Part shown: one piece after another, positions 15,356 to 28,497 of the stretch
Layout: every line of letters begins with the position of its first letter
Numbering within the stretch: the first letter of the stretch is position 1
NCBI RefSeq assembly: GCF_963921235.1
Contig: NC_086101.1
Coordinates: 11,906,001 to 11,970,000, forward strand
Direction of reading: 5' to 3'
Origin: Mobula hypostoma
Lineage: Eukaryota
DNA: 64,000 bases
Made by a program: the position numbers and the translations under genes
The notes under the pieces: model-generated
The model's database searches: none
What the model saw: only the letters and a program-made list of their open reading frames with translations
What the model was told of the DNA's origin: nothing

Positions 15356-16580
15356 AATAATGGCTTAAAATCAAGTTGCTAAATTGGTGGAATTTGAGGG
15401 TGCAACAGTATGTTGAATGAAACAAATTCCACATTCATGATCTGGGGACAGTTTGATTTGCCACCTTGAACTGTTCACATTACTTGTAAAGCTGCCTGTG
15501 TCCTTTTGAGGCAGACAGCATCTGGAGTCTTGCATTTGGGCCTTGAGATATTCCTCCCATGTGAGGTAGTATTGAATCCATTTTATCCCCACTGTTGGAA
15601 TTGCCCTGAAAAGATGACTTGAAAGTGTGTGTGGGAAGTTGTGGTTATGAATGTTGGTGAGATCTGATGGATTGGGGCATGTGTCAGCATCTCATGCACT
15701 TTTGGGCTGGTGTGATGTGAAGCCAACTTTGGTTAGTATCAACATGGCAAAGCTGTTTGGCTGCTTTTCCCTTTTGGAAAAACATTGAGTCACCAAGAAT
15801 AGTCCTAACCTGTCACACTTTCATCACTGACACATCGCCTCCTTAATTTGAGACCGATCCCTCCATAATCATGCCAAGTGTTGGTTAATCTGGGACATGG
15901 GACCATCGCCAAATCCAAGAGCAAGTACTTGTAAACCCAGGCCACTATAATTTGGCAGTGGGTTGAAGTAAAATTTATCTTGCCCACTTGCTGCTTCTCA
16001 CAGAAGGGATGCTTGTGATTCCAGTGCCAGTGAGTTTGCCAAACAACCTCCAACCCTACAGGACTTGTGTTCTGGTCTTTATCCTGTTCTTCATCTTCCA
16101 TGCTCTGAACTTCAACTGCCTGTGGTTGAAGTAGAGTTATTTGTTGTAATATGCCTGTTGTGTTTTTTTAAACCTCCATGTTTTGGTTTATTTGTGGGCT
16201 GAGGTGAAGATGGGTGGTATCAGATTTGACTGAAGAACCATGCAAAAGGAAGCAGAGGACCAGTTTTGGTCTGGGGGAGATGAAAGGATTTGATTTGTTG
16301 GTGTTTGCTGGTCACCTGACACCCAGTGGCCAATGAGTTGCAACCATTTTGTAAATGGCAGCTGTGTTTTCCTTTGCTGTTGAGCCAAAACTGTACTGCT
16401 TAAAATGTCGACCTGGAAGCTCTCGAGCTTGTTTTCCATACTGCTTGCTGAGCACTTTTCAATCTTTGTCTTGTGGATTTTTCTCCATGTTTTTCACCAC
16501 TTTTAATCTTTTATTTGAATTTTTTTCCTTTGTTTTTTTCATATTGAAAAGTGTGGAGCTAGCCTGTTTCTTAACTGACA

Positions 16581-16586
16581 AATAAA
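16581..16586 (+). terminator. Candidate poly(A) signal of the tubulin gene
   Basis: First AATAAA I find after the stop codon, followed by a T/GT-rich downstream element. Confidence 0.55.
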
Positions 16587-17204
16587 CTTTTTTTGCGATT
16601 TAAAAGTGGCCTCTGGTTTTTTTCTGGATTTTGTTCCTTGAGATTTGAAAGGACATAATGGGGGGGGGCGGCGGGGATGAAGAAGCTGTATTAATGTGCT
16701 TTGCACCTTGTAGTCACTAGGCTTTCAACTAGTTGCTGGGTAAGTTATGGACTTGCAGACAAATTTTGATTGTAAGCTGGAGGTAAAAAAAAAAAAATTA
16801 TTGGCTGATTATCCTTGGATCATGCTTCCAAAGTTTAAAATTTGGAATCTGGTACCATCAGTTACATTACACGAGGGTTGGAATGCTTTTAACTTTAACT
16901 TGAACAAAGGGATATGGAAATTATACTGAGTTAATCAAAGTGCTCATTCTTTGGGTTCTTGAACCAATTGAATTAAATCAGATTTGAAAATGTGATGGGC
17001 ATCAATCACAAGTTAATCTTTTATAAAACTGCACAAAAAATTTATTGCAGTTAATGAAGTGATTGTAGGAAGTTTAAAAGTTGCAAAAAGTGATACTGGC
17101 ATGGAAGATAGCTAACCTATTAATAATATGGTATGTTTTTACCATTAATAGGCTGAGCTTTTCTTGAGTCTTTTGTCCAGTGTTGCTGAAGGGTGTCCGA
17201 GCCT

Positions 17205-18195
17205 AACACCATGTGCTGCTCTCACCCCATCCTCCCGCCACCCCACTCGGGATAGGGTTCCCCTTGTCCTCACCTACCGCCCCACCAGCCTCCAGGTCCA
17301 ACATATAATTCTCTGTAACTTCTGCCACCACCAAGCACATCTTTCCCTCCACCCCTCTCTCTGCTTTCCGCAGGGAGCGCTCCCTATGTGACTTGTCCAT
17401 TTGTTTTCTCCCCCCATCCCTCCCCACTGATCCCCCTCCTGGCACTTATCCTTGTAAGCGGAACAAGTGCTATACATGCCCTTACACTTCCTCCCTTACC
17501 ACCATTCAGGGCCCAGACAGTCCTTCCAGGTGAGGCGACACTTCACCTGTGAGTCGACTGGGGTGATATACTGCGTCCGGTGCTCCCGATGTGGCCTTCT
17601 ATATATTGGCGAGACCTGATGCAGACTGGGAGACCGTTTCGCTGCACACCTATGCTCTGTCCGCCAGAGAAAGCAGGATCTCCCAGTGGCCACACATTTT
17701 AATTCCACATCCCATTCCCATTTTGATATGTCTATCCACGGCCTCTATAGATGAAGCCACACTCAGGCTGGAGGAACAACACCTTATATTCTGTCTGGGT
17801 AGCCTCCAACCTGATGGCATGAATATTGGCTTCTCTAACTTCGGTTAATGCCCCACTTCCTCTTCGTACCCCATCTGTTTTTTTTTTCTCCCTCTGTCCC
17901 TCTCACTATACTCCTTGCCCATCCTCTGGGCTTCCCCCCCTCCCCCTTTTCTTTCTCCCTGGGCCTCCTGTCCCATGATCCTCATATCCCTTTTGCCAAT
18001 CAACTGTCCAGCTCTTGGCTCCATCCCTCCCCCTCCTGTCTTCTCCTATCATTTTGGATCTCCCCCTTTCAAATCTCTTACTATCTCTTCTTTCAGTTAG
18101 TCCTGACGAAGGGTCTCAACCCAAAACGTTGACTACCTCTCCCTATAGATGCTGCCTGGCCTGCTGCGTTCACCAGCAACTTTGATGTGTGTTAC
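17205..18195 (+). mobile_element. Penelope-like element (Neptune-type) 3' part: GIY-YIG endonuclease remnant plus terminal repeat with hammerhead motif
   Basis: RVPLVLTY; CKRNKCYTC linker; VIYCVRCSRCGLLYIGET* at 17563-17619; SLQPDGMNI end; CTGACGA core at 18103. Confidence 0.88.
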
Positions 18196-20975
18196 CATAT
18201 CATGCTCACTGGCCTAGCATCTGGGTGAAATGGTGCTGCAGAGCTTTCATCTTAACTGCAGGAGAAGGAAGAAAGTTTAATTATTTTGAGGGAAATATGG
18301 GACAAGGGGGGAGCAGTGGTATGTTCATTTGTGTCGATCTAAAAGGGGTTGGGCTTGGTCTTGGTCAGTCCCACGAAAGTGCAGAGGTGTCAGTGATGCT
18401 GTATTGTGTCATCCTCAGCAGTTTCTTTAGCATTGAACATAGCTGGCTTCCAAAGCCTAGCAAATTTCTACGGATCATGATGTAGACCGTTAAGACCTGT
18501 TGCATTGCTGAACTGCACAATGGAAAGGGTATGGAGGCTTGTAAACTTGGGCACTAGCCTCCCCATCATTGAGGATATCTTCAATGGGTGATGCCTCGAG
18601 ATGTCGGCAGGGCTTCTGACATCAGATTCCTGAATGGTCCATGAATGCTACCTCCTGCACTTAATATTTCTCATAAATCAAAATTCCAAGGTTAAATGTA
18701 AGTGGAAGTACATATGTCACCATATACAACCCAGATTCATTTTCTTGTGGGCATTCACAGTAAGTACAATGGAGTTTAATTAATGAGCAATAAATACTGA
18801 GAGGTCCTTGAGAGTTGGCTCATAGGCTGAGAAGAGTAGAGAGATGAGGCAAGTGAAGTTATCCTAGTTCAAGAGCCTGATGGTTGAGGGGAAATAACTT
18901 CCTGAACTGGATGGGTCCTGAGGCTCCTTGTACTTTCCCGATGGCAGTAGCAAGAAGAGAAATGAGTGACACAGAAAATTACTGACCTCCACTCTCTCTC
19001 CTCTCATTTAATTCTGTGAAAACCATCTATGGAAACTGCTTTGCACCACAATGTTGCGCTCCATTCCAGGACTGAAAACACACAAGCATAACCTCTGCAC
19101 TTGGCACCCTGTAAACCTGCACCAAACCTTCCCCATTTTAAATATTCCACCTGCTCCAATGAAGGATAACATCCTAGTTGACTTTCTAACCACATGTGCT
19201 ACTAGTCCTGTTTGTTTTCATCACCTTTTCTCAAACTTCACACCCCAGGAAGTGTGACAACTTGCCAAGAGTAAGGTGTGCTAACCAGAGTTCAATTCCC
19301 ACCACGGTCTAAGGAGTTGGTGCATTCTCCGAGCATGTGGTTCCTCCATATCCAAAAGATATACTCAGTGAGGTTGTTGGGTACTGTGTTGGCCCCTAGA
19401 GGGTGTCGACCCTTATGGGCTGCCCCACAGCACAACCTTGGACTGTTGGCCATTAATACAAACGACATATTTTAAACCTTTTAAAATATCAATAATGATC
19501 AGTATAACAGGCATGAGCAAATAACAATTGCTCCATTGTGAAATAAATTTTGTAGAGCTTATGATACACATTTTTATTGGGGATATGTTTGTGTAAACTT
19601 GCTGTTAAAACTTATATAAATGCGCATGTTCCACTTGTTACATACACCTGTTAGGATGCATTCTCCATTTACCTTATGAGGTAACCATAGCCTTCAGCCA
19701 GGAGCAGATGTCATCAGGCGGTTCCCAACCTTCCCAAGTGTTTCGACCCTTAACCATGACACTCTCCAGTTGGTGGGCTGGCAGTGGTGGCCAAATCACT
19801 GCCCATCTGCTCCTGGCTTCAGGCATAAGTGACTATTTTTCCAGGCAGCACTAAGGCCAGTATGTCATGCTGCAGATTGGAGGCTGTTTGGCCCATTGAA
19901 TCTTCCACCAGCCCATGCTATGTTCCCATACCTCCCACCTCCAATCTTTTCTGGTTGCTTGCTAAATGAACAGCCTAACATAGTTGGTGTTGGTGATGAG
20001 TTGGGCAATTTTAACCACCCAGGAGCTTGACACCACGGAGCTAAAACAGCCCAACGCATTATCGGCAACCTACTCACCATCCAGAACATGCATATGGAAG
20101 GGTGCTGGAGAAAGGCCAGTAATATGAAGGAACCCACCCACCCTGCTCATGGACTGTTTGTTTCAGTCCCATCAGAGGAAGCTATGCAGCATCCACAGCA
20201 GGACCACTAAACACAAAAACAGCTTTCCTTAAGCAATGAGCCTGATCACCATTTCCACCCAAAGTGCAAAAAGAGAGGGGGAAGAAAACACAAGTGCAAG
20301 CAACAATACTCAGACCAAAAGGGAGTCCATAGACTCGAAGCTGCAGCAGGCCCACAGCATCAACCGATGTCTCCCTCTGGCCGAACAAATAATGTAAAAT
20401 TCTTCACTGGTGCTATTCTGTTTAAATTTTTACAGGAAAATAAACTGAATTAGGATTGGGGACCTTGTAGCAATGTACATATCATTGTCTTAAAGAGCTC
20501 AAGTGCATCCCCTCCCCCACACTTCCCAAAACCATCAGTGCATAGTTAGTCTCGGATCATATCATGATTCACAGTGAGGAGCCTGATCACACTAGTGCTG
20601 GAAGGTGATGGGATTCCAGTATGTGGTGGAGAAAGCTGGAAATAATCCAAAGCTATGTCTTAATCAGAAAATGTAGCCACCTGTTATTTCATTGCCTTTT
20701 ACGGTTGTCTGATTTAATTTTCTCTCTCACACTTGGTGAATTTCTAATCTTTCTCCTGACTCAGTGAGATGTTCTGCCTCTGAGACAGGACGTTACTAAC
20801 CTCAGTCACTCCGGAGTCTAGAGCACAAAGCTCCAAGTGAACATTTAATGTGGGGCAGAAGGAGATCTGCATTCTTCCCAACAAAACATTGAACCAAAGA
20901 CCAATCTGTGGACATCAAAGATCCCTTGGGGATCAACTTGGAGCCGTCTCCGAATGGGTGCAAGGATAAAGGCAA

Positions 20976-21415
20976 CACACAAAATGCTGGAGGAACTCAA
21001 ATTTAAAGTAATGTCTTTCCACTTCATTTCCTATCCCTTTGTTTCCCCTCTCATGTTATCTCCTTGCCCACCCATCACCTCCCTCTGGTGCTCCTCTCTT
21101 TCTCTCCCCCCTGCCCACCCCAACTTCTTTCTTCCATAACCTTTTGTCTCTTTCACCAATCGACTTTCTAGTTCTTTAATTCATCCCTCCCCCTCCGTTT
21201 CACCTAACGCCTGGCATTTCTCTTCCCCTCCCCCATCCCCCCGCCTTTCAAATCCGCTCTTCAGTTTTCTTTTTCTCTCCAGTCCTGCCGAAGGGTTTCC
21301 ACCCGAAACGTCGGCTGTGCTTTCTTTTCCCCCGTAGATGCTGCCTGGCCTGCTGACTTCCTGCAACATTTTGTGTATGTGGCTCGGATTTCTAGTGTCT
21401 GCAGATTTTCTCATA
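20976..21415 (+). mobile_element. Penelope-derived terminal-repeat insertion with short inverted 5' arm
   Basis: Same family as 17850-18195; AAAGGCAA duplicated at 20968-20975 and 21416-21423. Confidence 0.75.
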
Positions 21416-21649
21416 AAAGGCAATCTATTTCAATATCTCCAGGACAGAATAGGTTCATATGTGTATTGTATTTTAGTTCAAGCATTTCACTATCTTGCTA
21501 CACATGACAATACCAATACACTCCTTATTTTACATTTTTATTTATATACTTATTGTAATAGTTTTTATTACCATGTATTACCAGGTACTGCTGCCACATG
21601 ACAGATTTCACAAAGTATGCTGGTGATAGTTAATCTGATTCCAGTATGG

Positions 21650-21885
21650 AGGCGATACAGAAACAAGGTAGTTAGCAGAATGCTTTACAGTTCCAGCGAC
21701 CCGGGTTCAATTCCCACTGCCGCCTGTAAGGAGTTTATACGTTCTTTCCAGGACCATGTGGGTTTCCTCCACCAGTTGCCTCCTGCAGTGCAAAGACCTA
21801 CCAGTTGGCAGGATAATTGGTTGTTGTAAATTGTCCCGTGATTAGGTTAGGATTAAATTGGGGGATCGTTGGGGAGCACGGGTTA
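21650..21885 (+). mobile_element. V-SINE/HE1-like SINE split by a CR1 (tail resumes at ~23975-24012)
   Basis: B box GGTTCAATTCCC and V-domain GTGGGTTTCCTCC. Confidence 0.7.
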
Positions 21886-23951
21886 GACCATAAGATATAA
21901 GAGAAGAAGTAGGTCATTCGGCTCATTGAGTCTGCCCCACCATTCAATCATGGGCTGATCCAATTCTTCCAGTCGTCCCCACTTCCCTGCTTTCACCTCA
22001 TACCCTTTGATGCTCTGGCTAATCAAGAATCTGTCTATCTATGTCTTAAATACACCCAATGACTTGGCCTCCACAGTTGCTTATGGCAACAAATTCCACA
22101 GGTTTACCACCCTCTGACTAAAGTAATTTCTCTGCATCTCTGTTCTAAAAGGACGTCTTTCAATCCTGAAGTCGTGCCCTCTTGTCCTAGGATCCCCTAC
22201 CATGGGAAATATCTTTGCCATATCTAATTTGTTCAGGCCTTTCAGCATTTGGAATGTTTCTATGGGATTCTCTTCCCCCCCCCCCCCAAATTCTCCTGGA
22301 CTCCAGGGAATAGAGGAGCTGCCAGAAGTTCCTCATACAGTAATCCTTTCATTCCTGGAATCATTCTCATGAATCTTCTCTGAACCCTCTCTAATGTCAG
22401 TATATCCTTTCTAAAATAAGGAGCCCAAAACTGCACACAATACTCCAAGTGTGGTCTCATGAGTGCCTTATAGAGCCTCAACATCACATCCTTGCTCTTA
22501 TATTCTATATCTCTAGAAATGAATGCCAACATTGCATTCACCTTCTTCACAACTGACTCAACCAGGAGGTTAACTTTTAAGGTATCTTGCACAAGGACTC
22601 CCAAGTCCCTTTGCATCTCTGCATTTTGAATTCTCTCCCCATCGAATTAAGTCTGCTCATTTATTTCTTTCACCAAAGTGCATGACCACAAACTTTCCAA
22701 CATTGTATTTCATTTACCACTTCTTTGCCCATTCCCCTAAACTATCTAAGTCTCCCTGCAAGTTGTTTTCTTAACACTACCCGCTCCGCCACCTATCTTT
22801 GTATCATCGGCAAATTTAGCCACAAATCCATTAATACCGTAGTCCAAATCATTTATGTATATTGTAAAGAGCAGCGGTCCCAACACCCACACCTGTGGAA
22901 CTCCACTGGTAACCGACAGCCAGTCAGAATAGGATCCCTTTTTCCCCCCTCTGTTTTCTGCCAACTAGCCAATGTTTCACCCATGCTAGTAATTTCCCTG
23001 TAAGTCCACGGGGTCTTATTTCACTAAGCAGCTTCATGTGCGGCACCTTGTCAAAGGCCTTCTGAAAATCCAAGTACACCATATCTACTATATCTCCTTT
23101 GTCTACCCTGCTTGTAATTTCCTCAAAGAATTGCAGTAGGTTTGTCAGGCAGGACTTTCCTTTCAGGAGACCATGCTGGCTTTGGCCTATCTTGTTATGT
23201 GCCTCCAGGCACTCTGTAATCTCATTCCTAACAATCAATTCCAACAATTTCCCAACCACTGATGTCAGGCTAACAGGTTTATAGTTTGCTTTCTGCTGCC
23301 TCCCACCCTTCTTAAATAGCGGAGTAACATTTGCAATTTTCCAGTCATCCGATACAATGCCAGAATCTATCTATCATTGAAAGATCATTGTTAACGCCTC
23401 TGCTATCTCTCTAGCTACTTCCTTCAGAACCCGAGGGTGTATTCCATCAGGTCCAGGAGATTTATCCACCCTCAGACCATTAAGCTTCCTGAGCACCTTC
23501 CCAGTCATAATTTTCACTGCACAAACTTCACTTCCCTGACATTCTTGAATGTCCGGTATAGTACAGACGTCTTCCACTGTGAAGACTGATGCAAAATACA
23601 CATTCAGTTCTTCTGCCATCTCTCATTACAATATCTCCAGCGTCATTTTGTATTGGTCCTATACCTACCCTCGACTCTCTTTTACTCTTTATATACTTAA
23701 AAAAGCTTTTAGTATCTTCTTAGATATTAGTCGCCAGCTTCCTCTCCTAATTCATCTTTTCCTTCCTAATGACCTTCTTAGTTTCCTTCAGCAAGTTTTT
23801 AAAAGCTCCCCAGTGCTCTGCCTTCCCACTAGCTCTGGTTTCCTTGTATGCCCTCTCTTTTACTTTTACTTTGGCTCTGACTTCGCTTGTCAGCCACGGT
23901 AGTGTCCTTCTTCCCTTTCAAAATTTCTTTTTATTTGGAATATATCTGTCT
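21886..23951 (-). mobile_element. CR1 LINE ORF2 (RT) fragment, 5'-truncated
   Basis: KSPGPDG, QHG..KGKSCLTNL, YLDFQKAFDKVPH, GVPQ, KFADDTK and [10 protein letters not shown] motifs with frameshifts. Confidence 0.95.
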
Positions 23952-24409
23952 GTCTGGCTTGGGGGGGGGCTTTGGGGAAAGGGTCTATTCCACACTGTAT
24001 CTCAATAAATAAGGGAGAGGACAGGAGTATGGAGTTGAGAGGGATAACAAATCAGCCATGATGGAATATCAACAGGCCAAATGGCCTAGACCTGCTCTTG
24101 AGGTCTAATACCAATAAATAACCCAAAGCCAAGCATCAACATTTCAGTGATGCTTTAACGGTGTAATGGAAATATGGAAGGGGACAGTAAAGATTTTGAA
24201 ATGTTGCTGAATTACATGAGGTTATGCCAGCACGTGGATATCTTGGACTGGACTAGGCTACTGTTCATGACGGTAAAAGTTTACATGGAAAAAAATGTTT
24301 ATACTCAGCAGGTTGGGCAGCATCTGAAGAGTCTGAAATAGAGCTGCTGTTTCACAATGATGTTTCAAATGAACTGCTCATTTCAGTGATCTGTTCCTAT
24401 TTCAGATTA

Positions 24410-24705
24410 GGGTGGCATGGTAGCGTAGTGGTTAGCATGATGCTTTACAGTACCAGAGCCCTGGGTTCAATTCCCACCGCTGCCTGTAAAGGGTTTGTAC
24501 GTTCTCCCCATGACCGTGTGGGTTTCCTCCAGGTGCTCCAGTTTCCTCTCAAAGTCCAAATACCTACCAGTGCATAGGTTAATTGGTCATATAAATTACC
24601 CTGTGATTAGGCTCAGGTTACTGTAAATCGGAGGTGGGGGGGGGGTATTGCTGTGAGGGCTGGAATAGCCTATTCTGTGTTGTATCTCAATAATAAAAAA
24701 ATAAA
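24410..24705 (+). mobile_element. tRNA-derived V-SINE/HE1-like SINE, full length
   Basis: A box TAGCGTAGTGG, B box GGTTCAATTCC, V-domain, CR1-like tail, A-rich end. Confidence 0.8.
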
Positions 24706-24714
24706 TTTGTGACC

Positions 24715-25260
24715 TCCATCATGCAGGCCATGCCCTCTTGTTGCTGTTGCCATTGAGGAGGTGGTACAGGAACCTTGGGTCCCATACCAGTAGGTTCCGA
24801 AACAGTTATTACCCCTCAATGATGTCCTGACTGATTACTTCACAGTCTGGTATGGATACATCAATCTGCAAGAATGGAAAAGCTTACAAAACGTCCTCTC
24901 CACCATTGAGCACATTGATAAGGAGCGCAAGAGAGCAGCATTGAACGTCAGGGATCCCTACCGTCCAGGCCACGCTCTCTTGCTGCTGCCAGTGGGAAGG
25001 AGATACAGGAGTCTTATGTCTCACACCACCAGGTTCAGGAACAGTTATTACCCCTCAATCATCAGGTTCCTGAACTTGTGGGATGACTTCATCACCACCA
25101 CCCCACCTCTGAACTGACTCTACAACCTACACACTGACTTTCAAGGATGTGTTCAGTATTATTTTATTTGCACTATTTATCTTACTTTGTGCATTGGTCG
25201 TGTGTCAGTTTTGCTTATGTATATGGTGATGTATATGCACTTTGATCATAAATTTTACTC
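24715..25260 (+). mobile_element. Rex1/Babar 3' fragments (two overlapping copies)
   Basis: Repeated CAGGCCA(T/C)GC.CTCT...GGAGGTGGTACAGGA...AACAGTTATTACCCCTCAA motif, shared with 59670-61240. Confidence 0.6.
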
Positions 25261-25551
25261 ACTCATTTACTCTGTAATGTTCTACTTTTCAGTCTGAGTT
25301 ACATCCAGGAGAGCATGAAGGACCACTTTCTCTTAAGCATTGTGTCCGCGATGTCTGTAGTTTTGCATTTATTTTTTAAAGAAATCTACATTGCAATAGT
25401 CTGGCCACAACTGACATTGAAAACTCCAGAGACAGCCTTGACGTCCTTGAAAACTGAAGATTGCCTTACATTGTTGGACATACTGTACTATGCAGATGTG
25501 GAGATGTCACTACTTGTGCACAGTTACGTCTGGTTGCGAATGAAGTAACCA

Positions 25552-26259
25552 CTATAAGACCATAAAACATAGGAGCAGAAATAGGTCAACTGGCCCATTG
25601 AGTCTGCTCCGCCATTCAATCATGGCTGATCCTCTGTTTTCTATCCCCTCCTCAACCCCAGTTCCTGCCCTTCTCCCCGTAACTTTTGATACCATGTCCA
25701 ATGAAGAACCTATTAATCTCTGCCTTAGATACACTCAGTGACCTGGCCTTCACAGCTGCATGCGGCAACAAATTCCATAAATTCACCATCCTTTGGCTAA
25801 AGAAATTTCTCTGCATCTCTGTTTTGAAAGGGCACCCCTCTATCCTGAGGCTGTGCCCTCTTGTTCTAGACTCTCCCACCATGGGAAACATCCTTTCCAC
25901 ATTCACTCTGTCTTAGCCTTTCAATATTCAAAAGGTTTCAATGAGATCCCCACCCCCGCCATCTTTCTGAATTCCAGCAAGTATATAAACCCAGAGCCTT
26001 CAAACGTTCCTCATATGATAACTCTTTCATTCCTGGAACCATCCTTGTGAACCTCCTCCAGACCCTCTCCAATGCCAGCACATCTTTTCTAAGATGAGGG
26101 GCCCAAAACTGTTCACAATTCTCAAGGTGAGGCCTCACCAGTACCTTATAAAGCCTCAGCATCACATCCCTGCTCCTGTATTCTAGACCTCATGAAATGA
26201 ATGCTAACATGGCATTTGCCTTCCTCACCAACAACTCAATCTGCAAGTTAACCTTTAGA
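25552..26259 (-). mobile_element. CR1 3' fragment
   Basis: LYKVLVRPHLENCEQFW, RTRGHSLRI and (CTTATGGT)n-type tail. Confidence 0.9.
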
Positions 26260-26706
26260 AAAGAAAATGTAGAAAAGCAAGGAGAATTTGTGCTAAAAGT
26301 TGGTCTTAGAAGTGGCATAATTATTAAGACAGTCACAACCCAAATGGTTAATGTGCCTTTTGACAGAGCACAACTCACTAAGGAATTGATACATTCCCTG
26401 TGAAGCAATTGATAATTGAAACAATCAAAAGAGAATTGGTTGCATTGTGATATTTTGGTGGGATTCACGTCAAAAGTAAAGAGGAGCCTGCTAAAATTTT
26501 ACCTTACTTGCATACAGTACTTTTTAATATCGTTGATAAGCAAGGTATATACAAACTACTTGCTATTGTATTATAAGAAATTAATTGAAGAGCTCCTTGA
26601 GACACTTGACTTGACATTCAATATGATCATGACTGATCTCACTGAAGGCCTCACCTCTACTTCGATGGCTGTTTCTCATGACCATTGACTTCCCAGTTAT
26701 CCAGTG

Positions 26707-28019
26707 AATCCACATCATGAAGACCCTGGAGAGACTTGTTCTGGAGCTGCTCCGGCCTATGGTCAGGCCACACTTTGATCCCCTCCAGTTCACCTACCAG
26801 CCCCGACCAGGACTTGAGGATGCCATCGTCTACCTGCTGAACCGTGTCTACGCCCAACTGGACAAGCCAGCGAGCACTGTGAGGGTCATGTTTTTTGACT
26901 TCTCCAGTGCATTCAACACCATCCTCCCTGCTCTGCTGGGGGAGAAGCTGACAGCGATGCAGGTGGATGCTTTCCTGGTATCATGGATTCTTGATTACCT
27001 GACTGGCAGACCACAGTACGTGTGCTTGCAACACTGTGTGTCCGACAGAGTGATCAGCAGCACTGGGGCTCCACAGGGGGCTGTCTTGTCTCCCTTTCTC
27101 TTCACAATTTACACCTCGGACTTCAACTACTGCACAGAGTCTTGTCACCTTCAGAAGTTTTCTGATGACTCTGCCATAGTTGGATGCATCAGCAAGGGAG
27201 ATGAGGCTGAGTACAGGGCTACGGTAGTAAACTTCATCACATGGTGTGAGCAGAATTATCTGCAGCTTAATGTGAAAAAGACTAAGGAGCTGGTGGTAGA
27301 CCTGAGGAGGGCTAAGGCACCGGTGACCCTTGTTTCCATCCAGGGGGTCAGTGTGGACATGGTGGAGGATTACAAATACCTGGGGATATGAATTGAAAAT
27401 AAACTGGACTGGTCAAAGAACACTGAGGCTGTCTACAAGAAGGGTCAGAGACGTCTCTATTTCCTGAGGAGACTGAGGTCCTTTAGTATCTGCTGGACGA
27501 TGCTGAGGATGTTCTACGAGTCTGTGGTGGCCAGTGCTATCATGTTTGCTGTTGTGTGCTGGGGCAGCAGGCTGAGGGTAGCAGACACCAACAGAATCAA
27601 CAAACTCATCCGTAAGGCCAGTGATGTTGTGGGGATGGAACTGGACTCTCTGACGGTGGTGTCTGAAAAGAGGATGCTGTCTAAGTTGCATGCCATCTTG
27701 GACAATATCTCCCATCCACTACATAATGTACTGGGTGGGCACAGGAGTACATTCAGCCAGAGACTCATTCCACCGAGATGCAACACAGAGCATCATAGGA
27801 AGTCATTCCTGCCTGTGGCCATCAAACTTTACAACTCCTCCCTTGGAGGGTCAGACACCCTGAGCCAATAGGCTGGTCCTGGACTTATTTCCTGGCATAA
27901 TTTACATAATACTATTTAACTATTTATGGTTTTATTACTATTTAATTATTTATGGTGCAACTGTAATGAAAACCAATTTCCCCCGCGATCAATAAAGTAT
28001 GACTATGACTATGACTATG
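26707..28019 (+). mobile_element. Rex1/Babar LINE RT, 5'-truncated, relatively young
   Basis: DPLQFTYQ, FFDFSSAFNTI, GAPQGAVLSP, KFSDD; AATAAA followed by (TATGAC)n tail. Confidence 0.92.
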
Positions 28020-28029
28020 AAAGAACCAG

Positions 28030-28326
28030 GCTACCGAACCAGGGGCACAACGCAATTACAGCTCGGGCCATCAGGGTTCAGACTTCAGTTCTGACGCCTT
28101 CTGTGAGGAGTTTGTATGCTTCCCCCGCCCCCACCCGTGACTGCGTGGCTTTCCTCTGGCCGCTCTGGGTCCCTCCAGCATTCCAAAGAGGTACTGGTTG
28201 GAAGGCCAATTGGTCATTGTATGTTGTCCCGTGATTAGACTCGGGTTAAGTAGCTGGATTGCAGTTGGTACGGCTCGTTAGGTCAGAAGGGCCTGTTTCG
28301 CACTTTAGCTCTAAATAAAATAAAAA
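28030..28326 (+). mobile_element. V-SINE/HE1-like SINE relic
   Basis: V-domain-like GGAGTTTGTATGCTTCCCCC...GCGTGGCTTTCCTCTGG; tail GAAGGGCCTGTTTC...AAATAAAATAAAA. Confidence 0.6.
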
Positions 28327-28497
28327 TGAATGAACAGAGTCTGATGGGACCCAGATGCATCTGCAGGGTCAGGGACTGGCTAGATATCAGAAGCGTTATG
28401 CCCTTGGACTTGCAGCATGTTTTGGATCTGTGCTTGGGCAGAATAGTAGACCTCAAGAACATAATGTATAAGAACAAAATTAGGCTATTTTCCTCGA

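Noticed and set aside
19715..19735. Twister ribozyme (GCGGTTCCCAA)
   Set aside because: The other conserved segments and pseudoknots could not be placed
24410..24485. tRNA gene (also heads at 21650, 37550 and 56000)
   Set aside because: A/B boxes run straight into SINE bodies and no proper cloverleaf forms
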